A DNA stretch of 64,000 nt from an uncultured Ignavibacteria bacterium (GTDB lineage Bacteria > Bacteroidota > Ignavibacteria > SZUA-365), in the NCBI GenBank assembly GCA_913061095.1, contig CAJXVM010000015.1, forward strand, positions 8,870 through 72,869, written 5' to 3'. Shown one piece after another: positions 17,777-27,731 of this stretch. The translations under genes and the position numbers were made by a program. The notes under the pieces are model-generated. The model was not told the origin of the DNA. It did not search any database and saw only the letters and a list, made by a program, of their open reading frames with translations. The stretch's first letter is position 1; every line of letters starts with the position of its first letter.

Positions 17777-19948
17777 ATGAGCAATCTCACGAAAATGACA
17801 AAAAGCGAACTCATCGATGAGATCGAGCGCCTCCGCAGCCAGTACGAGGAGTGCGGTGACGAGGAGAACGGCAACGGGAAATTCGATGAGGATGAACTGT
17901 TCGCGCTTGCCGGTGAAGCGGAGGGCGATGAACTGTTTCTTGTCACCGACACCGGGCGATTCGTATTTGTGAACGACACCATGCAGCAGCAGCTCGGCTA
18001 CCCGGAGGAAGAGCTGCTGGGCATGTCGCTTCCCCGTATCGACCGGGAGAATACGCGTGCGCAGTGGCTGCACCGTGTCTCGCGCATCAAGCGTTCCGGT
18101 GCGCCCGAAGTGTTCGAAAGCGAACAGATCGCCAGTGACGGATCAACGCTGCGGCGCGATGTGACCGCAAGTTATGTGGCATATCGCGGCCGGAATTACG
18201 TGCTCTGCGTCGGCAGCGAACTGCAGCCCGAGGAGGAGGAACGGCGTCCGCCCGCTACTGTCCGTACACGCGAGGAAATTCTGCAGCAGATGACCTCCGA
18301 CGGGGTGCTGATCGTGGACACACGCGGCACCATCATCGAGACCAACGCAGTTGCGGACCGCCTGCTCGGCGTCCCGAAAAGCGAGATCATCTCCCGGTCC
18401 TGCGTGGATTCCCGCTGGCGCCTCGTCGATACCGCCGGTGAGCCGCTCAGCATTTCCAGCCATCCCATCATGGTGGCGCTGGTCGAGGAACAGCAGCTGT
18501 TCAACCGGCGCATCGACATGCTCTCACACGAGGGCAGCCGCCGTTCGCTGCTTGTCAACGCAGCACCGCTGCACGATTCCGCCGGTGACCTCATCGGCGC
18601 TGTCGGCTGCATTCGTCCCTACGATGACAGTGCCGAGCGCGGCGATGAACTGCAGCGCGTCAGAGCCATGCTGTCGCTGCAGCGCAGCGTCACCGAACTG
18701 GTGATCCGTGGTGGATCCGAGGATGACCTCGAGCGCCGCATCTGCCAGCTGCTCGTCGACTACGGCGGTTTCCCGCTGGTCTGGCGCGCCGTCACGCAGG
18801 AGAAGGACGAGCGTCTGCATCTCTCCGTCAGTGCCGGCGATGAAACCGAATACCTGATGAAAATCAAGGTGCGGTATGACGATACGCCCCATGGCAACGG
18901 TCCGCTGGGACGTGCGATGAAGAAGCGCGAAGCGGTCATCGTGGGCGACCTGATCGCTGATCCCACTCATGAACCATGGAAAAAACAGGCGGAAAAGAGC
19001 GAGCTGCATTCCCTGGCGGCCCTTCCGCTTCTGTATGCAGGACGCGAGTACGGGCTGCTGAGTATCTATTCGAAAGATCGCGACCATTTCGTCGGCCCGG
19101 AGCTGAAGGGTCTGTCGCTGGTCGCCAACCTTCTTGCCTTCGGCATTCACATCCGCCGTGAATCCGAGGGCACTCGCCGCATCGTCGACGAACATATCCT
19201 GCAGCAGCGCATGCTGGAAGCCTACGAGGAGAGTTCGTCAGTGGCCATCGCGCTCTTCGATGCCGACGATCCGTTTCGCTGCGTCTACGCGAATCCGCAC
19301 TTCGGAATGCTGCTCGACGAACCGTTTCGGAGCGCCGGCGTGGAGGAGCAGTACGTCAGCGATTTCATGTACTCGCTGTATCACCGCGACCTTTACCAGC
19401 AGCTGCAGCAGGCGACGGGCAGCGAAGAGCCGGTTTCCGAGGATGGCGCCGTCTTTGCCGACTGGCAGGGTGAGGAGACGTCATGGAACTGGCGGATTTT
19501 CTCCGTCACATCGGCTGACGGCGAGGCGCAGCTGCTTTACGCCGCATATCGTGTCGGGGATGACGATGCGGAATCGGACGAAGCTGCCGGAGCGGAATCC
19601 GCCGCAGACGGGGAGGAGCCGGCCGTCGTCATCGTCGATTATCCACGTTTCGGTCCCCGAAGCAAGACGGAAACACGCATCAACCGTTTCCTCGAGGACG
19701 GCGTTCTCACGGAAGTCAGCAGTGCCGCGAGCGCGCTGTTCTCCTCCGCCCGCGCGCTGCCGGGTGAAAGCGCGGCGACACTGTTCGGTGAGAGCGAGAC
19801 CGCTTTTCTCGGCGAACTGCTCTCGGTCAAGAATACGTCCGCCACGCTGCCGTGGACGGATGAACAGACCGGGCGCCGACGCAGCTGCCATGCGTTTTTC
19901 ACCGCCACCGACGAGGGACAGCGCGTCTGCCTCGTGTTCTCCCCATGA
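17777..19948 (+). CDS. PAS/GAF multi-sensor protein without a recognisable output domain
   Basis: N-terminal coiled-coil-like segment. Repeated PAS-like blocks (VTDTGRFVFVNDTMQQQLGY; LIVDTRGTIIETNAVADRLLGV). A GAF-like region (EDDLERRICQLLVDYGGFPLVW...YGLLSIYSKDRDHF). No HisKA/HATPase, GGDEF or HTH was seen. The start is set at ATG 17777, since the preceding 80 aa of the ORF overlap the neighbouring gene in another frame. Confidence 0.65.
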   Translation: MSNLTKMTKSELIDEIERLRSQYEECGDEENGNGKFDEDELFALAGEAEGDELFLVTDTGRFVFVNDTMQQQLGYPEEELLGMSLPRIDRENTRAQWLHRVSRIKRSGAPEVFESEQIASDGSTLRRDVTASYVAYRGRNYVLCVGSELQPEEEERRPPATVRTREEILQQMTSDGVLIVDTRGTIIETNAVADRLLGVPKSEIISRSCVDSRWRLVDTAGEPLSISSHPIMVALVEEQQLFNRRIDMLSHEGSRRSLLVNAAPLHDSAGDLIGAVGCIRPYDDSAERGDELQRVRAMLSLQRSVTELVIRGGSEDDLERRICQLLVDYGGFPLVWRAVTQEKDERLHLSVSAGDETEYLMKIKVRYDDTPHGNGPLGRAMKKREAVIVGDLIADPTHEPWKKQAEKSELHSLAALPLLYAGREYGLLSIYSKDRDHFVGPELKGLSLVANLLAFGIHIRRESEGTRRIVDEHILQQRMLEAYEESSSVAIALFDADDPFRCVYANPHFGMLLDEPFRSAGVEEQYVSDFMYSLYHRDLYQQLQQATGSEEPVSEDGAVFADWQGEETSWNWRIFSVTSADGEAQLLYAAYRVGDDDAESDEAAGAESAADGEEPAVVIVDYPRFGPRSKTETRINRFLEDGVLTEVSSAASALFSSARALPGESAATLFGESETAFLGELLSVKNTSATLPWTDEQTGRRRSCHAFFTATDEGQRVCLVFSP

Positions 19949-19972
19949 TTTCGTTTCGACTGTCACTGCACC

Positions 19973-21134
19973 CATGATGGAAAACATTTTCAGCGACGGC
20001 TCCATTGCACTGCGGCCGACCGTCATCGAGGTCGATCTCAGCGCTCTGCGCTACAACCTCGCACGCATTCGCGAGCGCGTCGGTGATGCGCGTATCATGG
20101 CGACTGTCAAGGCGAATGCCTACGGTCACGGACTCGTCCGCACGGCGAAGGAGCTGCTGCGCTCCGGCGCGGATGAACTCGGCGTGGCGTTTCTCGAAGA
20201 GGGTATCGCTTTGCGGCGTGCCGGGGTGACCGCGCCGATTCTCGTGCTTGGCGGAATCATCGGCAATCAGATCACGCATTTCCTCGAATACGACCTGCAG
20301 ATCACTGCCTCATCGGTGTTCAAACTGCGGCAGATCGACGAGACCGCCGCCGCCATGGGACGCCGCGCGCGCGTCCACATCAAAATCGACACCGGTATGG
20401 GACGCATCGGCATCCGGCATGAAAACGCTACCCGGCTGTTCGAGGCGACCGGCGAGGCGAAACATGTCGACCTCTGCGGCGTGTATTCGCACTTTGCATC
20501 TTCGCACGATCCTGACACACGCGTCACCGAGCAGCAGCTCAAGCGATTTATCGAAGCGCTGGAATACTTCCCCGCGAACGGACTTCCGATGCCCATGCGG
20601 CACATCGCCAATTCCGGCGCCATCCTCCAGCATCCCGATGCCATCCTCGACATGGTGCGCCCGGGAATCATGTGTTACGGTGTGTATCCCGGTCCGAAGG
20701 TGGAGAAGACCGTTCCCCTGCGACCGGTCCTTTCGATGAAAACCCGCGTCGTGTTTTTCAAGGTTGTGCTCGCCGGCGCCGCGATCGGCTATGATCACAC
20801 GTGGACCGCCCCGGAAGATACGCGTGTCGTCACCCTCCCCGTCGGCTACGGCGACGGGTACGCCCGCAGTCTGTCGAACCGCGCCTCGGTGCTGATCAAC
20901 GGACGTCGCTATCCCGTGGTCGGGCGCATTTCAATGGATCAATGCATGGTCGACATCGGGTCCGATTCCGCGTACAACGGTGACGAAGTCGTGCTCATCG
21001 GACGGCAGGGGGAGGAATCCATCACGGTCGAGGAACTGGCTGATTACTGCGGTACCATCCCCTATGAAATCCTGACCATGATCAATACGCGCGTCCCGCG
21101 CAAATACTGTGTCCCCGCTGTCCACGGATCGTAA
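19973..21134 (+). CDS. alr: alanine racemase
   Basis: PLP-lysine motif ATVKANAYGHGL and the C-terminal YGDGYARSLSN...VGRISMDQCMVD motifs of alanine racemase. The first 280 aa of ORF 19134..21134 are an out-of-frame overlap with the PAS/GAF gene. Confidence 0.9.
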
Positions 21135-21218
21135 ATCCCGCGGTTGTGAGAGGTACATGAATGCTGTATACTTACTTTCGTACAGTTCAGTGAAAGGCAA
21201 TCTTTCCCTGCCGCTGAG

Positions 21219-24200
21219 ATGTCCAGTCATTCGTATCGCCAGCCGGGAAAGACCGTCAACATTGTCGCCGGAGCGCTGATGGAAACTGTCAACGTACTGC
21301 TGATCGAAGATCACGAGGGAGAAGCCCGTCTCAACCAGCGGCTGCTGGAGCGTTCGCACACCATGGAATTTCGCTTCACCAATCGCCGCACGCTCGCCGA
21401 GGCGCAGGAGGCGCTCGCCGATTCCGCTTTCGATGTCATGCTGCTCGATCTGAATCTCCCTGATTCCTCCGGTCTGGAGACGTACAGCAAGCTGCAGCAG
21501 CATGCGCAGCGACTGCCCGTCGTCATCATCTCGGCGGTCGCGGACGACCGTCTCGCCGCGGAGGCGATTCGACGAGGTGCCCAGGATTATCTGGTCAAGG
21601 GGAATATCACGAGCGAGATCATGACACGCGTGGTGCGATATGCCATGGCGCGGATGGAACACGTGCGCGCGACCGGCGACACGGCGGGAAGAATGTCTGC
21701 GGTAGCAGCACAGGCCACGGCGCGTCCGGAAGGAAAGGATGCGCAGGCCGATGTCCAGCACGCGGATACCGCATCCATTCTGGCCGCATCCGAATCCAAA
21801 TATCGCACACTGATCGAGCACAGTCAGGATGGCGTGTTCATCGTGCGTGACGGTATCATGCTGTTCGTCAATCGCGCACTCGAGGAAATGACGGGCTATG
21901 CGTCCGATGAAATGATTGGTCAGCCGATGACGGAGTTCATCGCGCCGGAAGACCGGAAGGCGGTGACGGACCGCCATATGCAGCGGATGGCGGGCGAGGA
22001 TGTCACGCAGCAGTATACACTGTCTCTGCTCCACCGCGGAGGAACACGTCGCCGCGCCATGCTCAGTGTGGACCGCATTCCCTACGAGGACGGTCATGCC
22101 GCGATGGGGACGGTCAAGGATATCACCCAGCAGGAACGCATTGCATATCTGTTGCGCATCCAGCATCAGCTTGCGCTCGACCTGGCTTACACAAACGACG
22201 CCGAAGCCGTCTACGAGCACATGCTCAAGGCGGTCCTTCGTGTTGAAACAATTGACTGTGCCGGCGTGCACATTCTGGATCCGACTTCCGGACGCTATCA
22301 CAGCATGGCCTCGCGCGGCGTGCGCGATGTGTTCAGAGACCTGGCGGGTGATGAAGAATACGAAAACGGCTATCAGCGTCTCATCCGTGAAAGCGCCTCG
22401 GTGTTCCTGTCCGCCGAAGAACTGCGCTCGATGTCGGGACTGCGCCGACTTCCGGAACTCGGCGTGCAATGTCTCGGACTCATCCCCGTCACGCATGCCG
22501 GGCGCGTCATCGCAGCGCTTGGGGTTTGCTCTCTGACCTTCTCCGAATGCGACCCCATCATACGCCAGGCCATCGAGTCCGCCGCATCCTATCTCGGCGG
22601 AGTTCTGGCACGCATCGCCGCCGAAGAGGCACTGAAGGATTCCGAACAGCTCTACCGGGCGGTGGTGGACAAGAGTCATGACGCCATTTTCATCTACCGC
22701 GACGACCGGCTGCTGTTTGCGAACGAGCGGACGGTGGAACTGACCGGTTATTCGCGCGACGAGCTGATGCAGCTCAACGCCTGGTCGCTCGTGCATCCCG
22801 AAGACCGTGCGCGCATCCAGGACATCGCCCGCAGCCGCTCCAATGCCGACCTGAGTCCGATCGTATACGAGGGCCGTGTGCTCACCAAGGACGGCACGAT
22901 ACGGGCGGGCGAGTTCGCCACGACGATCATTCGTTACCAGCACGAGCCGGCCGCCCTCGTGACTGTTCGCGACATCACCTCACGGAAAAGCCAGGAGGAG
23001 GACCTCCGCCGCAGTGACGCGCTGCTTCGTTCATCGGGATTCGCCGCGGCGCGTTTCCTGCGCACGGCCGACTGGGAAAGCTGCATCGGCGAAGTGCTCG
23101 AGCACTACGGTGCCGCCGCGAACGTCTGCCGTGTGCTGCTGATTCAGAATGCACGGGATGCCGCCGGATATGTGCGCATGAAACAGCGTCACGTGTGGGT
23201 GCGGCGTGAGATGCGCGACACCCTTCTCGAATCGATTCCCGACGGACAGTCATACGAAGAAGCCCCTTTCCGCCGCTGGGCCGAGGAACTCGGCGCCGGC
23301 CGGCCGATCGCCTCGGTGATCGACCACATGCCGGATGCCGAACAGATCATTCTCGCGCGTCAGAACGTGCGCTCGACGGCGCTGATCCCGGTATTTCAGG
23401 GTGAGGAATGGTGGGGATTTCTGCGCTTCGATGAATGCCGCATGAGACGCACGTGGCTGCGTCCGGAAATCGACGCGATGCAGGTGGGTGCGGAAACACT
23501 TGGTGCGGCCATCAGCCGAAAACGTGCCGAGCAGGATCTCATCGCCGAGCGTGACCGGGCCGAGCGAGCGGACAGCATCAAGCAGGCCTTCATCGCAAAC
23601 ATGTCGCACGAAGTGCGCACGCCGCTCAACATCATCCTCGGGTACCTTGTGCTCGTCACCGAACTCAGCGGCGCGGAAGAAAACGAGGAAGTCCACGAGT
23701 TCGTGCAGGCCATCGACGACGCAAGCCAGCGCCTCATCCGCACGGTGGATTCCATCATGAATATTTCCCGCTTCCAGACCGAGGATATCTCCCTTGAGAG
23801 GGCTCCGCTCCGTTTTGACAAGCTGATCGCGAGCTGTGTCGAAAAATTCCGCCACCTCGCCGACGAGAAACAGATCCGTCTGGAATTCCAGAATCATCTC
23901 GGCGAGGCCGAGCTCATTGCGGATGAGCATTTCCTGGCGGAATCCATCGAGCACCTTGTGGACAACGCCGTGAAATTCACCGCACGGGGCGGTGTCACCA
24001 TCACGCTGCAGACCGGGGATGCCGACAGCATGCGACTCTCCGTGGCGGATACCGGCATCGGAATCTCCAGCGAGTTCATGAAGCGCATGTATGATCCATA
24101 CATGCAGGAGGACATCGGCTACGACCGCGTGTACGAGGGTATCGGACTCGGCCTGACGCTGGTCAAGCTGTATCTCGAGGCCCACGGCGCTGCGATTGAC

Positions 24201-24275
24201 GTGCAGAGCAGCAAGGGTGAAGGCAGTACGTTTGTGGTCACCTTTCCCGCGGCGGCGGGTGCGGACCGCGTCTAG
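21219..24275 (+). CDS. hybrid sensor histidine kinase: N-terminal receiver, PAS x2–3, GAF, HisKA, HATPase_c
   Basis: REC (VLLIEDHEGE...VMLLDLNLPDSSG...YLVKG). PAS-like regions. HisKA (ANMSHEVRTPLNIILGY). HATPase (DNAVKFT, GIGLGLTLVK, GEGSTFVV). The alternative start at ATG 21279 is equally possible. Confidence 0.85.
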   Translation: MSSHSYRQPGKTVNIVAGALMETVNVLLIEDHEGEARLNQRLLERSHTMEFRFTNRRTLAEAQEALADSAFDVMLLDLNLPDSSGLETYSKLQQHAQRLPVVIISAVADDRLAAEAIRRGAQDYLVKGNITSEIMTRVVRYAMARMEHVRATGDTAGRMSAVAAQATARPEGKDAQADVQHADTASILAASESKYRTLIEHSQDGVFIVRDGIMLFVNRALEEMTGYASDEMIGQPMTEFIAPEDRKAVTDRHMQRMAGEDVTQQYTLSLLHRGGTRRRAMLSVDRIPYEDGHAAMGTVKDITQQERIAYLLRIQHQLALDLAYTNDAEAVYEHMLKAVLRVETIDCAGVHILDPTSGRYHSMASRGVRDVFRDLAGDEEYENGYQRLIRESASVFLSAEELRSMSGLRRLPELGVQCLGLIPVTHAGRVIAALGVCSLTFSECDPIIRQAIESAASYLGGVLARIAAEEALKDSEQLYRAVVDKSHDAIFIYRDDRLLFANERTVELTGYSRDELMQLNAWSLVHPEDRARIQDIARSRSNADLSPIVYEGRVLTKDGTIRAGEFATTIIRYQHEPAALVTVRDITSRKSQEEDLRRSDALLRSSGFAAARFLRTADWESCIGEVLEHYGAAANVCRVLLIQNARDAAGYVRMKQRHVWVRREMRDTLLESIPDGQSYEEAPFRRWAEELGAGRPIASVIDHMPDAEQIILARQNVRSTALIPVFQGEEWWGFLRFDECRMRRTWLRPEIDAMQVGAETLGAAISRKRAEQDLIAERDRAERADSIKQAFIANMSHEVRTPLNIILGYLVLVTELSGAEENEEVHEFVQAIDDASQRLIRTVDSIMNISRFQTEDISLERAPLRFDKLIASCVEKFRHLADEKQIRLEFQNHLGEAELIADEHFLAESIEHLVDNAVKFTARGGVTITLQTGDADSMRLSVADTGIGISSEFMKRMYDPYMQEDIGYDRVYEGIGLGLTLVKLYLEAHGAAIDVQSSKGEGSTFVVTFPAAAGADRV

Positions 24276-24357
24276 TGCCGGCAGGTTCGATTCTTAGCCG
24301 CTGAAAGTCTATATTGAATCCGTCCAGAGCTGAAATGTCGATTGAGGAGTTCGATCC

Positions 24358-24729
24358 ATGTCCGACAGTCAAAAGCATATTCTGGTAGTCGAAGACGACG
24401 AACAGAGTCAGAAGTACATGCGTATTCTTCTTTCGCGGGAATATGCGGTTCATATCGCGGCCACCGGCCAGCGGGCATGGGAGATCCTCGAAGAAGACCC
24501 CGTTGACATGATTCTCATGGACCTCTCCCTACGCGACGGCGAGGATGGCCTGCAGATTACGCGGAAAATCCGTCTCGACGAGAAGTTCAGGGACATTCCC
24601 ATCGTCGCACTGACCGCCCATGCCTTTCCCGAGGACCGCAAACGCAGTCTCGAAGCCGGCTGCAACGATTACGTTTCCAAACCCTTCCAGTGGGTTCACC
24701 TGAAAACCGTCATGGAGAAATATCTCTGA
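24358..24729 (+). CDS. single-domain CheY-like response regulator
   Basis: ILVVEDDEQ...MILMDLSLRDGEDG...VALTAH...NDYVSKPF. 123 aa with no output domain. Confidence 0.85.
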   Translation: MSDSQKHILVVEDDEQSQKYMRILLSREYAVHIAATGQRAWEILEEDPVDMILMDLSLRDGEDGLQITRKIRLDEKFRDIPIVALTAHAFPEDRKRSLEAGCNDYVSKPFQWVHLKTVMEKYL

Positions 24730-25466
24730 TGCCCCGGCAGCTATTCAGCATTCTGCTGCCTCTGCTGCTCGTGCTGCTGTCTGCTTCGGCGGGCGCACAG
24801 GTGTCGGCGCAACCGTCGGCGCTCTATCTCACACCCGAGCGCGGAGAGGCGGACATTGCGCTGTCAAACACGACCGGCACGGCGCTGCAGCTGCATGTCG
24901 CCGCTCTCGACCGCACGGAAGCAGACGGCGTGGAAAGCGGTGCGGGATCCTGCGCGGCTTGGTGCACCCTCGCTCCGGCGGAGCTGCCGCTGCCGTCTGA
25001 CGGTGCCGTCACCCTTCACGTGCGTGTGATCCCCCCCGGAGGCCTGCGGGATGGCGAGTATCATGCGGTTGTCCTCATCCGGGACGATGAAGACGTTCTC
25101 CAGCGCATTCCGCTTCATTTCCGCGTGGGCGAGGTCTACAGTGACGTCAAACTCGCGAATGTCGGTGTTGAGCGATCGAAGGAGGATGTGCGCTTCCTGC
25201 TGTATCTCGAGCAGCTCGGCAATGCCGCTTATCGCGGGAACCTGCAAATGCGTATCGAGAACGACCGCAGAGACACGATTTATGAATCCGCCGACCTTGT
25301 GGACGTGTACGGCGCGAAAACCCTGGAATATGTACTCCCGGCCGCCAAGGTGCGGAAAGGGATATATCGTCTCTACCTGAATTTCGATTCGGACCGCGAG
25401 GACCTGGGCGCGCATGCCATCCCCGTCCTTCCAAAGAAATTCAGTGTGGAAATCAGCATGTCATGA
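24729..25466 (+). CDS. secreted hypothetical protein (signal peptide; beta-rich)
   Basis: MPRQLFSILLPLLLVLLSASAGAQ signal. The start ATG shares one nt with the upstream regulator's TGA. No recognisable catalytic motifs. Confidence 0.55.
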   Translation: MPRQLFSILLPLLLVLLSASAGAQVSAQPSALYLTPERGEADIALSNTTGTALQLHVAALDRTEADGVESGAGSCAAWCTLAPAELPLPSDGAVTLHVRVIPPGGLRDGEYHAVVLIRDDEDVLQRIPLHFRVGEVYSDVKLANVGVERSKEDVRFLLYLEQLGNAAYRGNLQMRIENDRRDTIYESADLVDVYGAKTLEYVLPAAKVRKGIYRLYLNFDSDREDLGAHAIPVLPKKFSVEISMS

Positions 25467-25621
25467 GCAGCGAAATACTACGAGAATTGCTCGGAATTGT
25501 GTACATTCACCGCAGTGTGCCGTGACAGATCCCCGAGTTTCAGCGGCGGAGCGCTTCGGGCGCAGCCGCCGGGATGTGACACCAGTCATTCGTTTCATCA
25601 GCAGGCAGCGGAAACAGATTC

Positions 25622-26005
25622 ATGAGCGTCAATAAACGGTCCAGCACCATCGTCGTCATCGAAGATATCGGTTCGATCACGAAACTGCTTTCCATCATCC
25701 TCCGCAAAGCGGGATACGAAGTGGAGACGTTCGAAACGGGAGAGGCGGCCTGTGAGTGGCTGAAGGAAAACGAGCCCGCACTGGTGCTCTGCGATATCAT
25801 GCTGCCCGGCATGCACGGTGAGGAAGTTCTGTCATTCATCCGCACACTTCCGCACGGCAGCGAACTCAACGTGCTCGCCGTTACCGCGCTGGCCAACCCC
25901 GGCGACCGCGAGCGCCTTCTCAAGCACGGGTTCACTGATCATATCCCCAAACCCATCAATCCCGGGACATTCATCTCCCAGATTCAGCAGTACATTCCTG
26001 CCTGA
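25622..26005 (+). CDS. single-domain CheY-like response regulator
   Basis: IVVIEDIG...VLCDIMLPGMHG...LAVTAL...TDHIPKPI. 127 aa. Confidence 0.85.
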   Translation: MSVNKRSSTIVVIEDIGSITKLLSIILRKAGYEVETFETGEAACEWLKENEPALVLCDIMLPGMHGEEVLSFIRTLPHGSELNVLAVTALANPGDRERLLKHGFTDHIPKPINPGTFISQIQQYIPA

Positions 26006-26065
26006 TACGCGACTGCCATCATATCAATGCTTCTGAGGCACGCCCTCTGCCTCCAGGGCGTCCAT

Positions 26066-27628
26066 TCAAAACAGCAGTTTCCAGAGCGCGGTGTTTTCCT
26101 CGTACTCCGGCGTTGCGATCACGGTGCTGATACAGAAGCGTCGCAGCGCCTCCTCGATCGAGACCGTGCCGAGCGCCGAATCACGCTTGCCCGTGAATGG
26201 AAAGTGATCGGGTCCGCGCTGGCACTTCCCGTTGATATTCACGCGTCCGACATACCGTGAGGCGGGATCGACGATGCGGCGGATGCGCACCGGGTCGGCG
26301 CCGAACACGCTGCACTGCTGTCCGTACCGCGACTGCTTGATGTAGCTGAGCGCTTCGGTCTCGTCGGTGAAACGCAGCACGGGGAGAAGCGGCCCGAACT
26401 GCTCCTCGGAAAACAACCGCATGTTTGCGGTGACGCCGGTGACCAGCGCCGGACGCATCAGTGTATGCAGACGCTCACCGCCGCCGGGATTGCGCACTGC
26501 CGCGCCGCCCTCGAGTGCATCGTCGAGCAGATCGCTGAGCCATTCGGCATGCGCAAGACTGCTGATCGGCGTGAGCCGCACATTCTCCCAGGGCATTCCC
26601 GGTTCGATGCGGCGGAACTCCTCCGCAAGGCGCGCAATGTAATCGTTGGCGACATCATCGTGAACCAGAATCATTTTTATCGCGGCGCAGCGCTGGCCGT
26701 TGAAGGCGAGTGCCCCTTTCACACATTCCTCGAGGGTGATGGCGACGGGGGCGTCCGGAAGGATGATGGCGGCGTTTTTGGCTTCCAGTCCGAGCAGCTT
26801 GTGCAGACGATGCGGGTGCGGGTGCAGGCCGATCAGCCGGTCGGCAACGCGGCTGGTGCCGATAAACGCGAGCACGTCGACGTCGCCGCTCTCCATCAGT
26901 GCGGGAAGCAGCTCTTCGCTCTCGCCGAACAGCAGGTTCACCACGCCGTCGGGGAAATGCTCTGCGAACAGCGGCAGCAGATGCGCATACAGCAGGCCGC
27001 CCAGCGGCGGCGCCTTGATGATCACCGCGTTGCCCATCAGCAGCGCGGGAATCGCGTTGGTCAGCGTTTCGTAAAAGGGATAATTGTAGGGACCGACGCA
27101 GAGCACCACGCCGATGGGAAGCAGGTCCACCCGACCGACGACCTGCTGCAGCGAAGTGTCGCGACGTTCACGCTTGTCGAGATCCAGCGCGGCGTCCACC
27201 GTCTCGAGCGTGTATTCCAGGGTGCGGTCGAACTCGTTGAGAGCCTCATCGTAGACCTTGCCGACCTCCCACATGATATGCAGTGCGATATGCTCACGCA
27301 GGGGACGCACGGCTTCCACAAACATGCGCACGAGCGCGGCACGCTCTTCGAGTGAGAGCCGTGGCCATTCGCCGTCCCCGCGGTCAAACGCCCGGCTGGC
27401 GGCGGCGAGGGCTTCGAGTGCCGCCGCTTCGCTGAGACGCGGACGGCTGCCGATGCGGGGAGGAACGATGGCCTCTCCACGCAGTAGCGGTACGGGGGAA
27501 TGCACGTCCGCGGCGGGACCGTTCCATACCTTCATCCCTCCGGCGAGGTAGTGGCGGAGTTCCGCCGTGGGTGGACGAAACTGTACAGGGATATCTTCTG
27601 CCCGGGGGATGCGCTCGCTGGGAATCAT
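26066..27628 (-). CDS. aldehyde dehydrogenase family protein
   Basis: ALDH catalytic-cysteine region FNGQRCAAIK. The LEAKNAAII block corresponds to the ELGGK motif. EEQFGPLLPV motif. 520 aa. Confidence 0.85.
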   Translation of the reverse strand: MIPSERIPRAEDIPVQFRPPTAELRHYLAGGMKVWNGPAADVHSPVPLLRGEAIVPPRIGSRPRLSEAAALEALAAASRAFDRGDGEWPRLSLEERAALVRMFVEAVRPLREHIALHIMWEVGKVYDEALNEFDRTLEYTLETVDAALDLDKRERRDTSLQQVVGRVDLLPIGVVLCVGPYNYPFYETLTNAIPALLMGNAVIIKAPPLGGLLYAHLLPLFAEHFPDGVVNLLFGESEELLPALMESGDVDVLAFIGTSRVADRLIGLHPHPHRLHKLLGLEAKNAAIILPDAPVAITLEECVKGALAFNGQRCAAIKMILVHDDVANDYIARLAEEFRRIEPGMPWENVRLTPISSLAHAEWLSDLLDDALEGGAAVRNPGGGERLHTLMRPALVTGVTANMRLFSEEQFGPLLPVLRFTDETEALSYIKQSRYGQQCSVFGADPVRIRRIVDPASRYVGRVNINGKCQRGPDHFPFTGKRDSALGTVSIEEALRRFCISTVIATPEYEENTALWKLLF

Positions 27629-27731
27629 GTCGTCACGTATTCATTTTCACATCGCATGCGGATCATTTCCGCACATCTTTCAAAGATACGGAATCCATGA
27701 ATATCCGTGATCTTTCCCGTATCTTTTTCAT

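Noticed and set aside
19134-19972. First 280 aa of ORF 19134..21134
   Set aside because: Out-of-frame overlap with the PAS/GAF gene. Alanine-racemase homology begins at ATG 19973.
20931-22943. 670-aa ORF on the minus strand
   Set aside because: It is antisense to the hybrid histidine kinase, whose PAS/GAF/HisKA motifs are clear on the plus strand. No domains were recognised.
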